A stretch of 64,000 nucleotides of DNA, from contig CM120643.1 of the NCBI GenBank assembly GCA_051362555.1, positions 2,232,001 to 2,296,000 of the forward strand, written 5' to 3'. Positions 21,601 through 35,725 of this stretch are shown here, in pieces (within the stretch, counting starts at the first letter, position 1; every line of letters begins with the position of its first letter). The notes under the pieces are model-generated. The model saw only the letters and a program-made list of their open reading frames with translations. It was not told where the DNA came from and did no database searches. The DNA is from Lingula anatina. Lineage: Eukaryota > Animalia > Brachiopoda. The position numbers and the translations under genes were made by a program.

Positions 21601-24600
21601 TGAAACGGGACTTAGTGACGTAACGACTTAATTACATTGGTAACCAAGCCCTAAGTCAGGGGAACCGACTTAAGTTTTTTTGTGAAACGGGGGCCAGGAC
21701 TTGGAACCCTCTGATTGTTGGTGGGCTGAGGGGGCGACAGACAGTGTCTTTTGTTCCACTTCCTCATTGATCTTGGTGACATAGGTCGCATTCAGAACAG
21801 CGGATTAACTAGTCCACCGGTCAAATATGGCCGACCTACTTGAATACGTCAATATTAGCGGATTAGACGGCAAGCTATTTTGCCCGCAGACTAGTTGGTC
21901 CGATGTTCTGAATGCAGTCATAGTCCCATGCATTACTGAGTCAACAAGCTAACCCTGACAATCTTACAATACGACTGCCTTTTTTCAGGAAACCAGATAG
22001 ACTCGGAGGTTTTAAAGTTACATTGTATGCCCGATACCACTATAAGGACTGCTCAATGGCTACACCAAAAATCAGTTTTTAAAGCAGAAAGTTGCTTTTG
22101 TTGTGGCACTGACCTTCGACAGTAAGATAGGCTATTCTCAGTTCAAAGTCCGCTGCAGCCACTTTGCTTCTTGTCTCGTCTGCACGAGATAACGTCAGCG
22201 CAAGGCTGGAAAGGCAGCGCCAGGCGGCACAGAGCTGTGACGTACGAGACTTGTGACTTCCAAATATGGAGCTCCAGGCGGATACAGCTGTAACGTATGA
22301 GACCAGTGACTTCCAAATATAGAAGCGCCCCAGGCAAAATTTTGCCGAACGAGCCCTCCGCTTGACGCTAGTGGGTAGAGCCAGTTTTGTTGATATGGGT
22401 TATAAATGAAATCAAGACCGAGCTTGAAAAACTGAAATCTAGAGCCTAGGGTACGTGAATATGGCTAAGTAGTTGTTGTATCACCCCGCTCCGACAAAAC
22501 TCTAGATTATAGTCACTGGGTGAGCCTGTGAATGCGTTAGAGAAGACATACAGACGACAGATTGCGTGTCCATCTTCTCTGAACATATGCCAGTGTAACG
22601 AACCTAAGGGTCCATGAAACAAAGAATCCGTCTTCATTTAGTTATAATGGTAGAGGTAAGCCTGACCTAAGTGGGTCAAAACCATCTAGCTATGATCAAC
22701 GTTTTTTAACGATTCCCTCCTCTGAGGGACTTGCGTTAAGTAAAACCGTGTCGGTGTGAACCGCATTTGATACCATTGTGCTCTTGAAAATCAAAGGTGA
22801 AGCAAACAATTTCCCACTCAGTGATAGTAAAAGAAATTATCTATCTAGGAGGGCTCTGTGCCAGCTTCTCAAACAAGGTCTAGTATTCAAGGCTCTGAAT
22901 TCAGAGTCTGGTGGCATAGACGCATAACGTTGGAGTCATAGGAACGGAGAGACCAACCCACATTAGTTAGAGAGGCGGTGTGTCCCACTTTGATTACGTC
23001 GCGAATGAATTATGTATTTCCTACTCTTTATGTACTTATTGACACCACCCGGTAACTGTTCTTATTGAAATAACTAGTACGCTTTTGTAAAATAACAGTT
23101 ATAATGATCACAATGGTTTAGTTTTCTAATAAACACCTATATTATCTGTTTAAGAGATAGATTAAAGTTTTTAACTAATTAATTGATCATTATGTCCAAA
23201 AGAAAACATTATTTCAACAAGACCTAATGCCGCCCTAGTAGTTAATTATTTCATCACGATGAGTTTTACTTACACCTTTTTAACCACCTAGTTTACCAGT
23301 TCCTCAGTTTTATGAAAAAGAAAAAAAAAATAAATAAGAATGAAAAACATCAAATATTGCTGTCTTAGTTAGATGCCACTTGAGGAGCAGGTTTAAATAA
23401 CAGTAGATTGCGTAATAACAAGAGTTTTGCAAGAAAGACCGTTGTTCCGTTTTCACTTCAACTCCATGATGCTGGCTGCAATCACTTAAGCTCTGTAATT
23501 TTGTAAATGTCTGATAAATATCGGTCATTAACTCTTGGTGACTTCCATTATTTTATAATTTGTCTGGCTCGCATTTACTTAGTAAACATGATCTATGTTA
23601 ATGGCCTTTTCCTGTTCGAGAAGCTACTAAAATTAAGATTGACTTCACTTAAGGATTATCGAGTACCGCTTTCACCAAATATTCTTTTATACTTTAAGTC
23701 ATGGAAGAAGCTTTTTGAGTAATACAAAGAATTAACGCAGTGGGCGGAAGGCTGGGGCGAGCTAATTTATTTAAATTAAATCGACACGTTTTGTTTTTAG
23801 AGTTAGTCTTTAGAGATTTTAGATATATCAATGGTGGACTAATTGAACTGTTCTACTTATCTTTAACTGTGCGGCCAGTCTTCGACGTCAGTGGGTAAAC
23901 CACGCAGGGCAAATTGAGGGGTCTTCGAAAGTTTTTCACCAGCATTAATCAGAGATAGAATTAGCTAAATATCAATAAGCAATAAGCAAAAGGATGATAT
24001 TAAGTAAATGAATGGTTAATTTCCCGTCTTCACTCAATTTATCTATTTAACCTCGATAAAGAGCACCAAGAAAAGGGAGTGCCAATAGATCGATCTAGTG
24101 AGGGTTTCTGAAATTTTGGAAAACACCAAATAATTGTTAACACGTTATGGCCATGATAGGATTGTTCTGTTGGAAGCTGGCTGGGAAAAGGCTTCAATTT
24201 ACGACAAATGTTATCTAAAAATATTACAAGTGTGGCTGGCAATGAACCACAGCACCTATCCTACGAACGATTACTTATTATTTTCTGTTTCAAAACATCT
24301 ACGTCATTCACCAAAAGAGCAGTCTCGTACTATTTTAATACAAAATTTTTGGAAATGAATATATAGTTTAAAAAACTACAGTTTAAAAAACTATATCCAT
24401 TTCCAACAATCCTTGTTCAACTATGGACCAAAACTAACTTGACAGAAAAACTCGAATTTCATCAATCAGACTGCTTCATATCCTAAATCATGCTGTCAGA
24501 CTGACAATTTTGAACATTAAGTACATTAACATTTAATCTGTATGTGTCTTTTGACAAGTAGATCCTCCCAATCATGCTGATGAATTATAAACTCAGTTTT

Positions 24601-24828
24601 TGCCTTTCCTTGTCGTTAATGTACATCAGTTAGAAAAATAAATCTGACAGTTATGTACCTTTTAGTTTCAATTTACAGATGTTGCCCTGGACAGTTATGA
24701 CGGGATCGTGCTGGTTGTTTATCGTGCTGTGCAAATTGTTCCATTCTGTAATGAAACATTGGTACTAATTGCCGGTATTAGAGTTTCGGTTAAGTGACGC
24801 GGGTAGACATTTAACTTGGACAAAATAC

Positions 24829-24857
24829 GGGCGGATAGAAGTGGAATCATATAAATC
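24829..24857 (+). promoter_or_regulatory. Putative core promoter of the CEMIP-like gene
   Basis: GGGCGG at 24829-24834 and TATAAA at 24850-24855, about 80 bp upstream of the ATG at 24931, with no intervening ATG. Confidence 0.55.
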
Positions 24858-24930
24858 AGAAGGAACCCAAGCGTGACTTACGTTAAAAAGGTTGAAGTCT
24901 TGCAGCTGCAAGAAGAAATAAGGTTGTAAG

Positions 24931-27900
24931 ATGGGGATAGTTTTTAAAACTATCGCCCTTCTCTGGGTTGGACTTCCCTTGATCTCGCCTTGCCCGTGGA
25001 AAGCCGAGACTCTGAAACGCTGGAGCGAACCGTCCTCCTGGCCCGATGGAAAGGTAGGGTCCACCTAAATTTTGCGAAACATAATTTTCAAAAATAAAGA
25101 CTATTGGCGGTTAAAAATGCATATGGACTGACTGTGAAGTAAAAACAAATACATTTTAAACGTGTAATTATGCTGGCTGGCGAGGGAAATGCGATTTTCC
25201 CACAGAACAGATTCATTTTAATTATGTTTCTTTATGTCACAAATTAAAATGCCTGAACCCACACTGTGATTCAAACGTTAAATGTCAGAAACTTAACCCG
25301 CTGGTTACTGTCCAAGGCCATCCCAGTTCTTTAAAAAATTCCATCTCCCTGAAAACCTGACTTCCAGCAACATGGAGACTGCCCCGCGACCGTTTTACAC
25401 ATCACTTTTTCAACAAATGCTTGATTTCTTACAGGTTCCCGAGGAAAGTTCCAGCGTCGTCATCAGCAACGACCTGCATATTCTCCTGGACGTCTCCCCG
25501 CCGTGTCTGCATTCCATTTCCATCAACCACGGCGGAAAGCTCGTTTGGGGAGTCGAGAGCGACTTTGAAATCCTAACCGATTACATTTTAGTGGGTGAAA
25601 ACGGGACGCTTGAAATCGGTAGTAGCACTTGTCGCTTTCCTAGGAACAGAAAGGCTATCATTACTTTAACAGGTATGTAAAATCGAGGATGACTTATTCA
25701 TTTTTGCTAAGTGAGCTTATAGAGCATAAAGAGGCAAGTTAGGTCCATTTGCGCATGGGAGGTTAAAGAGGCGATATTACAATATATGCATTTCGCAAAA
25801 CCATTTAGAAGTGTGAAATTGTCGAATAACTACAAGATTAGTTTCGAGATTATTGTTCGTTACATCATCAAATAACCAGTATAAAGGCAAAGTATTGACT
25901 TAATTTGCGGTAATATTCATTATTTGGAATTAAAAAAAGGAAAAACCACCACGGCAGAAATGCTACAGAGTCCAGGAAACACTATATTTCAAAAAGCAGT
26001 TTTAGGTTTGTTTAACTTTGTGTGAAAAGACTGCATAAAGAGATCAAATAATTCTTTTTCGAAATTTCAACAAGTTATGGTAAAACAAAATGAACATACT
26101 AAATACACGTAGCTTAAAAAACGCAGTAACATCAACATATTTTAAGGCGACATACCAGTAAGTTTACCGTTTGTAAGTGCAAATGTTGCAGGCACTGTTT
26201 GATGCCGAGGAGGGGGGTATACAACAGACTCTGAGATGGGAAGTTGTCTATATTCCTGCCAAGCATATATAATTCTTCATCCTTGCTTATAAATTAAGTT
26301 ATAGTTGGCTTCTTTTCTCAGGCAAAAGAGATGATTACGAAAGTATTCCTGGCTTTGGCCAGAAGTTCCTGGGTGTACAAGGCGGGTCCTTAGAAATCCA
26401 CGGAGCTAATAAACTGCCCTGGACCAAACTGAGCGAAACGGCCCGCAAGATCCGAGCAGGGGACGATGGTCTTGTTTGGAGCCATGACGTGAGTGGCTCT
26501 GAGCGCATTCGGAACAGCGGACGAACAGATCCGCGGATCAAATATGGCCGACCCACTAAAAAGCTTTCCGCTTAATTCTTTATTACATACTGAATAGATT
26601 CGGCCATATATGATCCGCGGATCTGTTAGTCCGCTGTTCTGAATGCGCTTTTTCTATTTGAATGGTCGTTTTCTGTCGAGTAATCCGAGTAATGGTGACT
26701 AAACTAACCAAAACAAGGCGCGGTTTAAAGTGCACAGTTAATATTATCAGGCCAGTACCCAGGGAGTTCGGGGGGAGGGGGGTGGCAAACGAACTGCCCT
26801 CTTTGCCGGGAAAAAGTCCATTCTTGGTAAAATTTGGTCACGGAGATTTCTTGGTAAAAGTTCCACTTTTTAGTAAAAGAAACATCACTACTCCCTTAAA
26901 TTGCTTGTTATGTGCCTGATTATCGTGTCTAACCTTACAACAGGTACTGCAACAAATATTGATTATCCGCACATAATCCAGAGTTTAGAAGCTATATAAA
27001 TATCAATATTTTTTGTTCACAGACCAGTGAAAATTGGGGCATCATTGAGGATGGTCTTTACATGTATGCCTTTGATTCTACCGGGAATCCCAGCGTCTTC
27101 CAGTCTCCCTCGGATCCCATTAACACCGTGAGTGACGGTAAGGAAAGCTGAACTTTATATTCGTTTTAATGCGTTAACAATTTGAGCTAGGTGAACGAGA
27201 CATTTGATTTGTATCTAATGACACAACGACAACCAACCGATTAATGCAATTTATCTCTCTCTCTATCTCTCTCTCTCTCTCTCTCTCTCAATATAATAAT
27301 GTGGCGCCATGGAGGCGCTGACATCCTACATCAAGTTTTTCCACGCTTTGTTGTTATGTTCCAGACTGCCAGTGTATGGAGAAGCTATTATCTGTCTATT
27401 CTCTAATGTTATCTTTCCATATAGTAATGTATACAAGTCAGTGACCAGGGATGTGTGCAAAATAAAAAAAGTGAAAGAGGATAATTGTTTATGTTCCTCA
27501 TAATTTAATTTCCCTTACAGTTCTCGCTGACGGCCAGGTAGTCATGGCAGCCATGCGAGGTTCGAAAGACATACCGGAAATGTACGATTTCCTGGAAAGT
27601 CTCGGAGCCAGTAAAGTCAGAAATTTACAACCTGGGTACGCTTGGGCGATGGTGGCTGTCAAAGGTAATTAAACTGTTCGAAATTTATCTGTAAACTATC
27701 CGAGTTGGAATTATTGAATATGCCAACTTACTTAAGACTCTTTGTTTTTCGTTTTATATTGTGTTTAAGTCGCCATTCGCATTTTTTGCAACCATGTCTG
27801 TCCTAACAACAGGAGGGGTGGGGCAAAGCTGATTTTTCTTTTCTGACTGGTTATTGGCACTCCCCCAGTCAACCCAAATTGAAACACATCTTACTGCTTC

Positions 27901-28036
27901 CTACGCGCATGAAGAGGCAAAAATTGATCGTCGGTAATATTGGAGCCGAGCGGCGTTGAGGATGCCAACACTGATGTCTTTAATTTTTTAATGAATGTAT
28001 CAATGTATTTTTTGGTTTGTTTGTTATTGCTTCTAC

Positions 28037-28091
<55 letters not shown>

Positions 28092-28364
28092 GTTATCTTG
28101 TATGCCGCAGGAAGTCCTGAGCTGGTCCAGGAGGAGCTGGTCGTCACCAACGGTCACATTAACACGGCCACCGGGCCACTCACCCTGAACTACGGGGAGA
28201 AATATTACACCGTGGAGAGCGCCACCGAAGTCAAGCACGAAATCGCGTTGAAGACTCAGCAGCGGTCGTTCGTCCGCTTCATGGTGATGGACGCTCTTAT
28301 CCAGCCGGTACTGAACGTTATAGATGATGTGTCGTTATGGAAACCAGGTCAGTGGGGGCTTGTT

Positions 28365-28412
<48 letters not shown>

Positions 28413-30646
28413 ACTTTCAAGATGATGATGTTTTTCATCCAGTAAGAAAAATTACAATGAACTCTGAAAATAATTGAGGATCACTACAAATATCATGAAT
28501 ACTCTTTTTTCATATTTATTATTATAACATTTTTTTATATCCAGGTGACGTGGTGGTGGTGTCGTCTACAGATTACGACTGGGTGCAGGCAGAGGAGAGG
28601 ACGGTGGTGGACTGTAGCGACTGCTCTAAATACCAAGTCAAGTTAGATCGTACGTATTTCACATTCGAAATTAAAGGCTAGTTGAATGATGACATTAATT
28701 CCTCACTGAAATTATCGTTCATGAGAGAAAAAGTGTAGAGACTTAGCTAGAGGCATGTTTGTTAATATCTAGTGAAAATCTGTGGCTCTGGTGGAGAGTA
28801 ATCAATTGACACCAATTCTGTAACTTCGCTCATCACGCTATAGGATTATTTACCGGGGCTCCGAATATGAAAATGTTCTTTTGTAAATCCGTCGTTTAAT
28901 TTGATCACCCACCCTGGTAGAACATATTGCAATCTGCAAGAAAATCAGGAGATACCGTTTTAAATAATCATAAAAAATCATATATATCTCAGATCAATAC
29001 CAATTAACCTAAACCCTTGCATTGTGTAAGGATTAAACGAGCTGAATGTTAGCAGCTAAACTTTTCTGCAATGCGATTTTTCAATTTCTGCATTAAATAC
29101 ACATATTCACAACTTTTTTTCTTTTTTTATTATTATTCAGGACCTCTGTTCTACGACCACTGGGGGGAGATCACGAACAACGTTGACATGCGCGCTGAAG
29201 TGTCACTTCTCACCAGGAACGTTCTGATACGGGGACAGATGGAACTGGAGTGTTACGGCGACAACGTGTGTGACAACTTTCAAATGGATACCTTTGGCGG
29301 ACAATTGAAGGTTATGATGATTACTATTAATTAACAAATTGAGTATTGATTATCATTTCTTTTTTCTTTTTTTTTTCTTCTTAATTTTTTAATAACGTAC
29401 CAGGTGGGATTTAAATGTATTCTATCAGTGTTTAACGAGGAAAATTAAATTTGGCACGAAAATCGCCACAAAGGATATCTTTTATTCTTGGGTATGGTTC
29501 AGGATTAAATATCGTTTCGTTTAGTAATTTTTTGATTAACAAGTGAAAGCACAATAAGATACAATGATGAAATCAATAAATGGATTGCTAGATACATGAA
29601 TAAATAGATAAAGAAATTCATCTTTCAGTTCACCAAGGACTTCATTACTGGTAATGTTGAAGGAGCAGAATTCTATAACATGGGGCAGCAAGCCGTTTTA
29701 GGTAGGTTGCGTTGACCATCGAAAACCTACATGTATGGTAGCGCATCACAGGTGGGCCCGTTAATTACCTTTAAATATTCAGGCATGGTGAGGGAGTCGA
29801 GGCGTGAAGCTACCCCCTAGTCATCCCCCGCCACCCTACCTGTCACTTATACTTTATGTCCCGTAGCCAAACAGGGTTCGAAGGGAAGGGTTCAGACAAA
29901 TCACCATTTTGCCCGTAAAAGGTCCGCTCTAGGTTAATCTTGATCTAAGTACACGAGGGTTTAACGGTAACAAATTCATTTTTTTTCAGGAAAACAACTC
30001 TAAGACCCCCCCTTGGAAACGGCTGGCTTAATAAGTTCTATTCAAGGTTAATAAGAGTCATCTCTGCTTAAATAGCACCTGAATGATAGGTGAGACAGAG
30101 AGAGAGAGAGAGAGAGGGGGGAAATAACAACGCCTTCAATATTCTCCATTCTAAGCAGTTATTTTCGTTCCCAGGCGCCTATCCTATCCACTTCCACCTG
30201 TGCCTGGACCGTGACCTGCCTGGGATGGAACCGCCTGTCATCCGGCAGAACTCGATCCACCACGCCTGGTCCCGCTGCGTCACTGTCCACGGCACTCACG
30301 GAGTACAGGTGGGTTATAACGGGCCACGCCTTACACAGGGTTTTCACAAATCGCTTCAGGATATAAGACGCGCTTGTTGCAGCCATTGTTAGATAATTCC
30401 TCAGTGGATTTAGGAAAGGCATTGGGTTTCAAAGAGGTGGATGCAAACTTTTATCTTTATTTTACATAAATTTATTATTTATTTTTTATTCATTTATTTA
30501 TTCATTTTCAGAACGAAGTTTCCCAGAGTTTAATTTTAGTCCCTTTTATCCACTTAGGAGAATCGCTTCACATAATTTTATTATCATTATAATTTTTTTT
30601 AACATACTATGTACAACTTCAACCCACTGGGTTGCAATCTTAATAA

Positions 30647-30691
<45 letters not shown>

Positions 30692-33600
30692 ATTGCTGTA
30701 TATAACTACATACAACAGAATGATAAAGAAGTAAATCAACAAACAGATTTATTGATTTATTTCCAATAGGTTATTGACAACGTAGGTTACCTGACCTTTG
30801 GACATTGTTTTTATCTCGAGGACGGGGGTGAAAAAAGAACTGTCTTTGATGGCAACATTGGACTTGGAACGTTGAAGGGAAAACTTCGGCCCGCTGACGA
30901 GAGGTATAACTGTCTTATTTATCTTTTTTTAATATGATCGTTGTTTATGATTTTACTCCCGTTTGTTTGTCCGTTATCAGAGATAAATAAGTCGTGCATG
31001 TAGCCGACTTGAAAAAAATGCAAATAGGGCGTATAAAGAGTAGTATATAACGTCGCGCGTTGCTTATATCATTTACAGTGTAGTTCATTTGCTCTTCGAT
31101 ACATTTGATGACATTCATTTTTAGAACAAACAAACTAAGATTCATATTCTCTGCTTCAGTCCCGGTACTTTCTGGATCACCAATCCCCTGACCTATATCC
31201 GTAATAACGTGGCTGCGGGTTCTGAGGTGAGATTTAGACTGGGTTCCCATACCTACATAGATCGATCTAACAGGAACGATCCATCTCCGATAGGTTTCTC
31301 GCTAAATTGCTTTCAGCTTAAGCGGCTTCTATGTTTGGCACGCCTATTGCTAAATGATAACTAATTACACCCTAGCATCTTCAGCAGGCGTCACAGACAT
31401 CTTAGCCTCTTAAGTTGATCGCAATTTAGCGAGAATCGAGATAGATCGATCGACAGTTAGTATGATAGAGTCTGGGAATGGTCCCTTGCACACGGATCCG
31501 TTTGGGCGTCCACTGGCTGCCGAACGATTCATCTACCGAATGTCCACTTTTCAAAAATGTTTTGAATACTACGGTCATGATGTAATGAATCAGATATCTG
31601 CGCAATTTGACATATTAGTTTTTTTATAAAACGCACATAATTTTTTGTGTATAAGTAAAGGTAATGTTTAGAAAAAGGACACTGCTCATTGCCGTTGATA
31701 CTTTTGTACAGTCCCGCCGAAAAGTAAGCATGAAACCCTTTGGTAAGCTTTTTTTCTGGCGGAACTGTATCACAAGCTTTGTTGTAGACGGACTGGGGCT
31801 GACGCCATGGTTTGTATTAGTATCGTATGATTTTTATATTACAGGATATTGGTTTCTGGTTTATCTATCCGATAGAACCTAAACCTCCCTCCAAAGATTA
31901 TAACATGATGGCGCCATTAGAGGCAAAACGAACAGCCATTCTGGAGTTGAAAAACAACGTGGCTCACTCAAATATAGTAAGTTAATGCTTTACGTTTTGG
32001 GGAAGCAAAACGAACAGCCGTTCTGGAGTTGACCAATAATGTCGGCTCACTCAAATAAGAAAGCTGATATCAAAGTGATAGTCTTGATTTATACAATTTT
32101 ATTGTACTAAGATAATAAAACTTTATTTTTAATTTTAGACCTTGCTTTGAAACGGAGATCAGGATGTTTTGACCTTATCACGTGGTCTTTTTCAGATCAG
32201 TTTCGAGATCCAGTATTAGAATTTATTTTTCATTTTACATGGGGGGGGGGGGGCAATAAGCCTTTGAGTTTAATGTATAAAATGAATACGTTATAGATAA
32301 GTGTACTCGATTAAACCGAGAAAAAATTCACAAACTCGTTGTCATCTTAACATTTTTGCTTATGACCGTTGCTTTTGCCTCAAGAATATCTTTGCAACAC
32401 GAATAGATATGTGCAAGAAACATTGGAAAAACAGATATTATATAACATCTGGCGCCATATATTTTTCTATAGAAAGGATTTTTCTCCGATAATACTTTGG
32501 GAGAGGACGAGGATATTCTCACCACTCAGAAGGAATGGAAACCGTCCACCGTCTTCACGGCCTCCCACCTTACCGCCTACAAGAGCAAGGAGAGAAACTC
32601 TTGGTTCAGAGGGAGCCCCATAACCTTCACCCAATGCTCGTGAGTGGTCTTCAGGAGGCTCTCTCATATTTCAGAAACACCATTTCTTCCCTTGCGATTT
32701 TGATAAAAAGTGTCAAACGAAATCTTCTCACAATATGAGTGAAAATATGAAATAAATCGGGAGCAAACTAACTGGTTTTCGAAAGGTACCGTCCCGAAAA
32801 ACATCAGGGAGTTCGTATACAAGTTGTAAGTGGGTACTTTACGACGTAAAATTCCAAGCATCACCGAGCGTTCTTCGCTAAACGAGACGTTTGGTTGATT
32901 CGTAGTGCTTCGATCAAAATAAAAAAGGCTTTCTTTAAAAGATGAATGACATATGAGAGAGCCTTCTTAAATCATTTTCTTTCTTTTTTCTGTATTGTTG
33001 TTGTGCGATAGACAGCGTAAGTACATGATAATTAATTAACTGGAAAGAAATCGAAAGCAACGTTCCCTTTATTTTGGCTGGCACGGAAAAGTGACTTCCG
33101 CAAAGGCCAAATATTTCTTACAATATTCTATACTTTCATACCTACATACATACATACTTTCTTGTTTGTGCTTTAAAATAGCATACGCCGCATATAAAAA
33201 GTAACACGTCCGACGAGCCTCGACATGCATGTAGCTGCTACAAGGAAACGGGTAGGGGGTTACAGATGGCCAATTCTACCTTCGCCATAAGCAACATACA
33301 TGTATTTATCGCAATCTTCTTCACTTCTTAAATATCTTATTTCACCATGGGGGAAAAAGGCGTCAGTTATTTCCTAGAGAACTGAGCGCCACCGCTGCTA
33401 TTTAAGAAAATGTCCAAAATATTACTTTTTTAAAATATTGTTTATTTTACATTTTCAGTTTCTCAGACAGCCCTGTTGGACACACGTTCCCAATGTGAGT
33501 ACTTTAATGCCTGATTTGTTTTTCTTCTGATAATTATCTCTTTGAAGCCAATCCACGGTTGCCTGAAAGACGAAGGCTTAACCTAAAAAAATAGTTAACC

Positions 33601-35694
33601 AAAGAGTCTGCTAACGACAACATGTTAACACAAATCACTGGTTGTTTCAGTGGGGGTTATAATGAAGATATATTCACCAACAGCGTTATATTTGGGCAGT
33701 CGGAGAACATAGGCGAACCAGAGATGTACAAAGAAAACAACGTATGGAAAAAACATCCGCGGTCAATGCCGACATCTAACCCGTGAGTTGGGGATTATGT
33801 GTTGAGCTTTAACTCTAACGTTTAGATACAACTGGGTTTGATAACATGGGAATCCATATTTTAATTAAATTCAATTTTATTTCATTATTTTTTTTATTTT
33901 GTTTTATCTTCTATGCGTATGAGTGTAGTATACACTTAACGTGTTTTTCCCTGTTGAATTAAACTTTATTATTAAAATTATTATAATAATAATTATTATG
34001 ATTATTGTGCAACCCAATGCTCTGATATACAATTACCATTTGTTTTTAAGACATTTTTTTTTTACCAAATAATCCATTCAAATATGCACTGTATTTACCG
34101 TTTTATTAAAGAAAAACAGACAGTAATACAACGCATATAAATTTTTAATGATCCACGCTATAGTACTAATATAAATATATAATATTACTTTTCCATCTGA
34201 GCTGTAATTTTTTCGTCATTAATAACCATGCTCACTACCTCTGCTGAATACCATAATCATTCTATATCATTTCATATCACCGGTTTATGTTTCAAATTTT
34301 GACAGTGCAACTGGATTTAACGGTCTAGTCATCTACGATTCAGTTAATATCGTAAGGGACACCTTTTTCGGGGGCTATAAAACTGACGAGTACCGTCCTG
34401 CCGGTGCCATTGGTTTCCTCCGGAAGTCTGCGGCCTTTAACAGAGTTTGGAACAACTTCCAGGGGATAAAGTTTGACAAAAACGACCCCGAGGTACATTA
34501 ACGTAATTTTCTAACGACATGATATTTTACCTGTAATTTAACAAAGTGGAGTAGGATGCAATTTTAAAGATAGTCAAAATTTAGACTGAACTTCATTTGT
34601 TTTGTTTTGTTTTTGAATATTTTTTTCTGTAGGAATAATACCAACAATGATGTTGCTTTATCAGATTCATTTTTCACTTAGATAACTATTTCTCTTCGGT
34701 ACCAACTCAAGATAAGATTGATAAACTGTCCTTTGCCATGTGCAGCTTGATTACCGATATATTCCCAATCCACGCACATGTAGTATGACTTCTAGCAGTG
34801 TCTTATCTTCTAACTACAGTGACTTTATAAATAATATAACAGGAATTTTTGCACCGTTTTACTCAAACCTCTCAGCTACACCTGCAGTGAAAAGAGTGGC
34901 ATTTTGTTAGGAAAATGAGTCCGTTTGTCATTACTCTGCAAGGTGTCTTTCGCCCTATATGTGGATACTTACACCCCATTCTCATAGATTAGATCGACCT
35001 ACATTGGATCGACCTAACTCCCTGGGGGTTCACGCTAAATAGCTGTCAGCCGGGCGGACACGAAAGTTAATTACCCCTTATAGCTTGTAGTAGGCGGGGA
35101 CGGACACTTAAGGCGGATTATCTGACAGTAATCTAGTGAGACTCCCCGCGGTGATAGATCGATCTAAAAGTTGTGAGAACAGAGCCTTACCCCAATACTT
35201 CCGGCTATCTCTAACCTGATTTAACATATGGGACCTTGGCCTTCCTTTACTGGGACTTATATCCCTGTCACAACTCTCTACCATAACCTGTGCTTATTAT
35301 GTGGGACCCCGGACTTCCATTCTTTGGACTACCATTCTTGCCACTGCTATTAACCCTAACCTGTACAAATTATGTTTTCATTCCTAGGGCAGGCCTTTCC
35401 TCTAAAACACCACATTAATAAGCTTGAGTTGCATTACAGGGAGTGAACCACGTGTATGATGGCGACGAGGGGATATACAGTTATACCAACCTGAACGGTG
35501 ATAAAGTGGTCCACTTTTACGATCTGGATGGGTCTGTGACCGGTGAGGTCATGGCGTCTGTGGTCAAGCCGCGTCAATTTTACACTACGGCTAACTGCTA
35601 TAACAGGACGAACTGGAACATGGCGGTCTGCCCGGAGAGATATGGAAAAGTAATTTTGAGATATCTGAGATATCTCGTTTACTTTTTTTTATTT

Positions 35695-35725
<31 letters not shown>

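Larger units (their letters stand above)
15744..21694. mobile_element. PIF/Harbinger-type non-autonomous element (~0.75 kb of own sequence), split by a nested insertion
   Basis: TIR GCCCCCGTTTCACAAA ... TTTGTGAAACGGGGGC; 3-bp TSD CAG (15741-15743 and 21695-21697); subterminal repeat of GTTTCACAAAGAATCT at both ends. Confidence 0.85.

Noticed and set aside
22230-22340. Two copies of GTGACTTCCAAATAT, considered as a CRISPR-like or regulatory array
   Set aside because: Only a degenerate ~56-bp tandem duplication; eukaryotic context with no spacers or cas genes.
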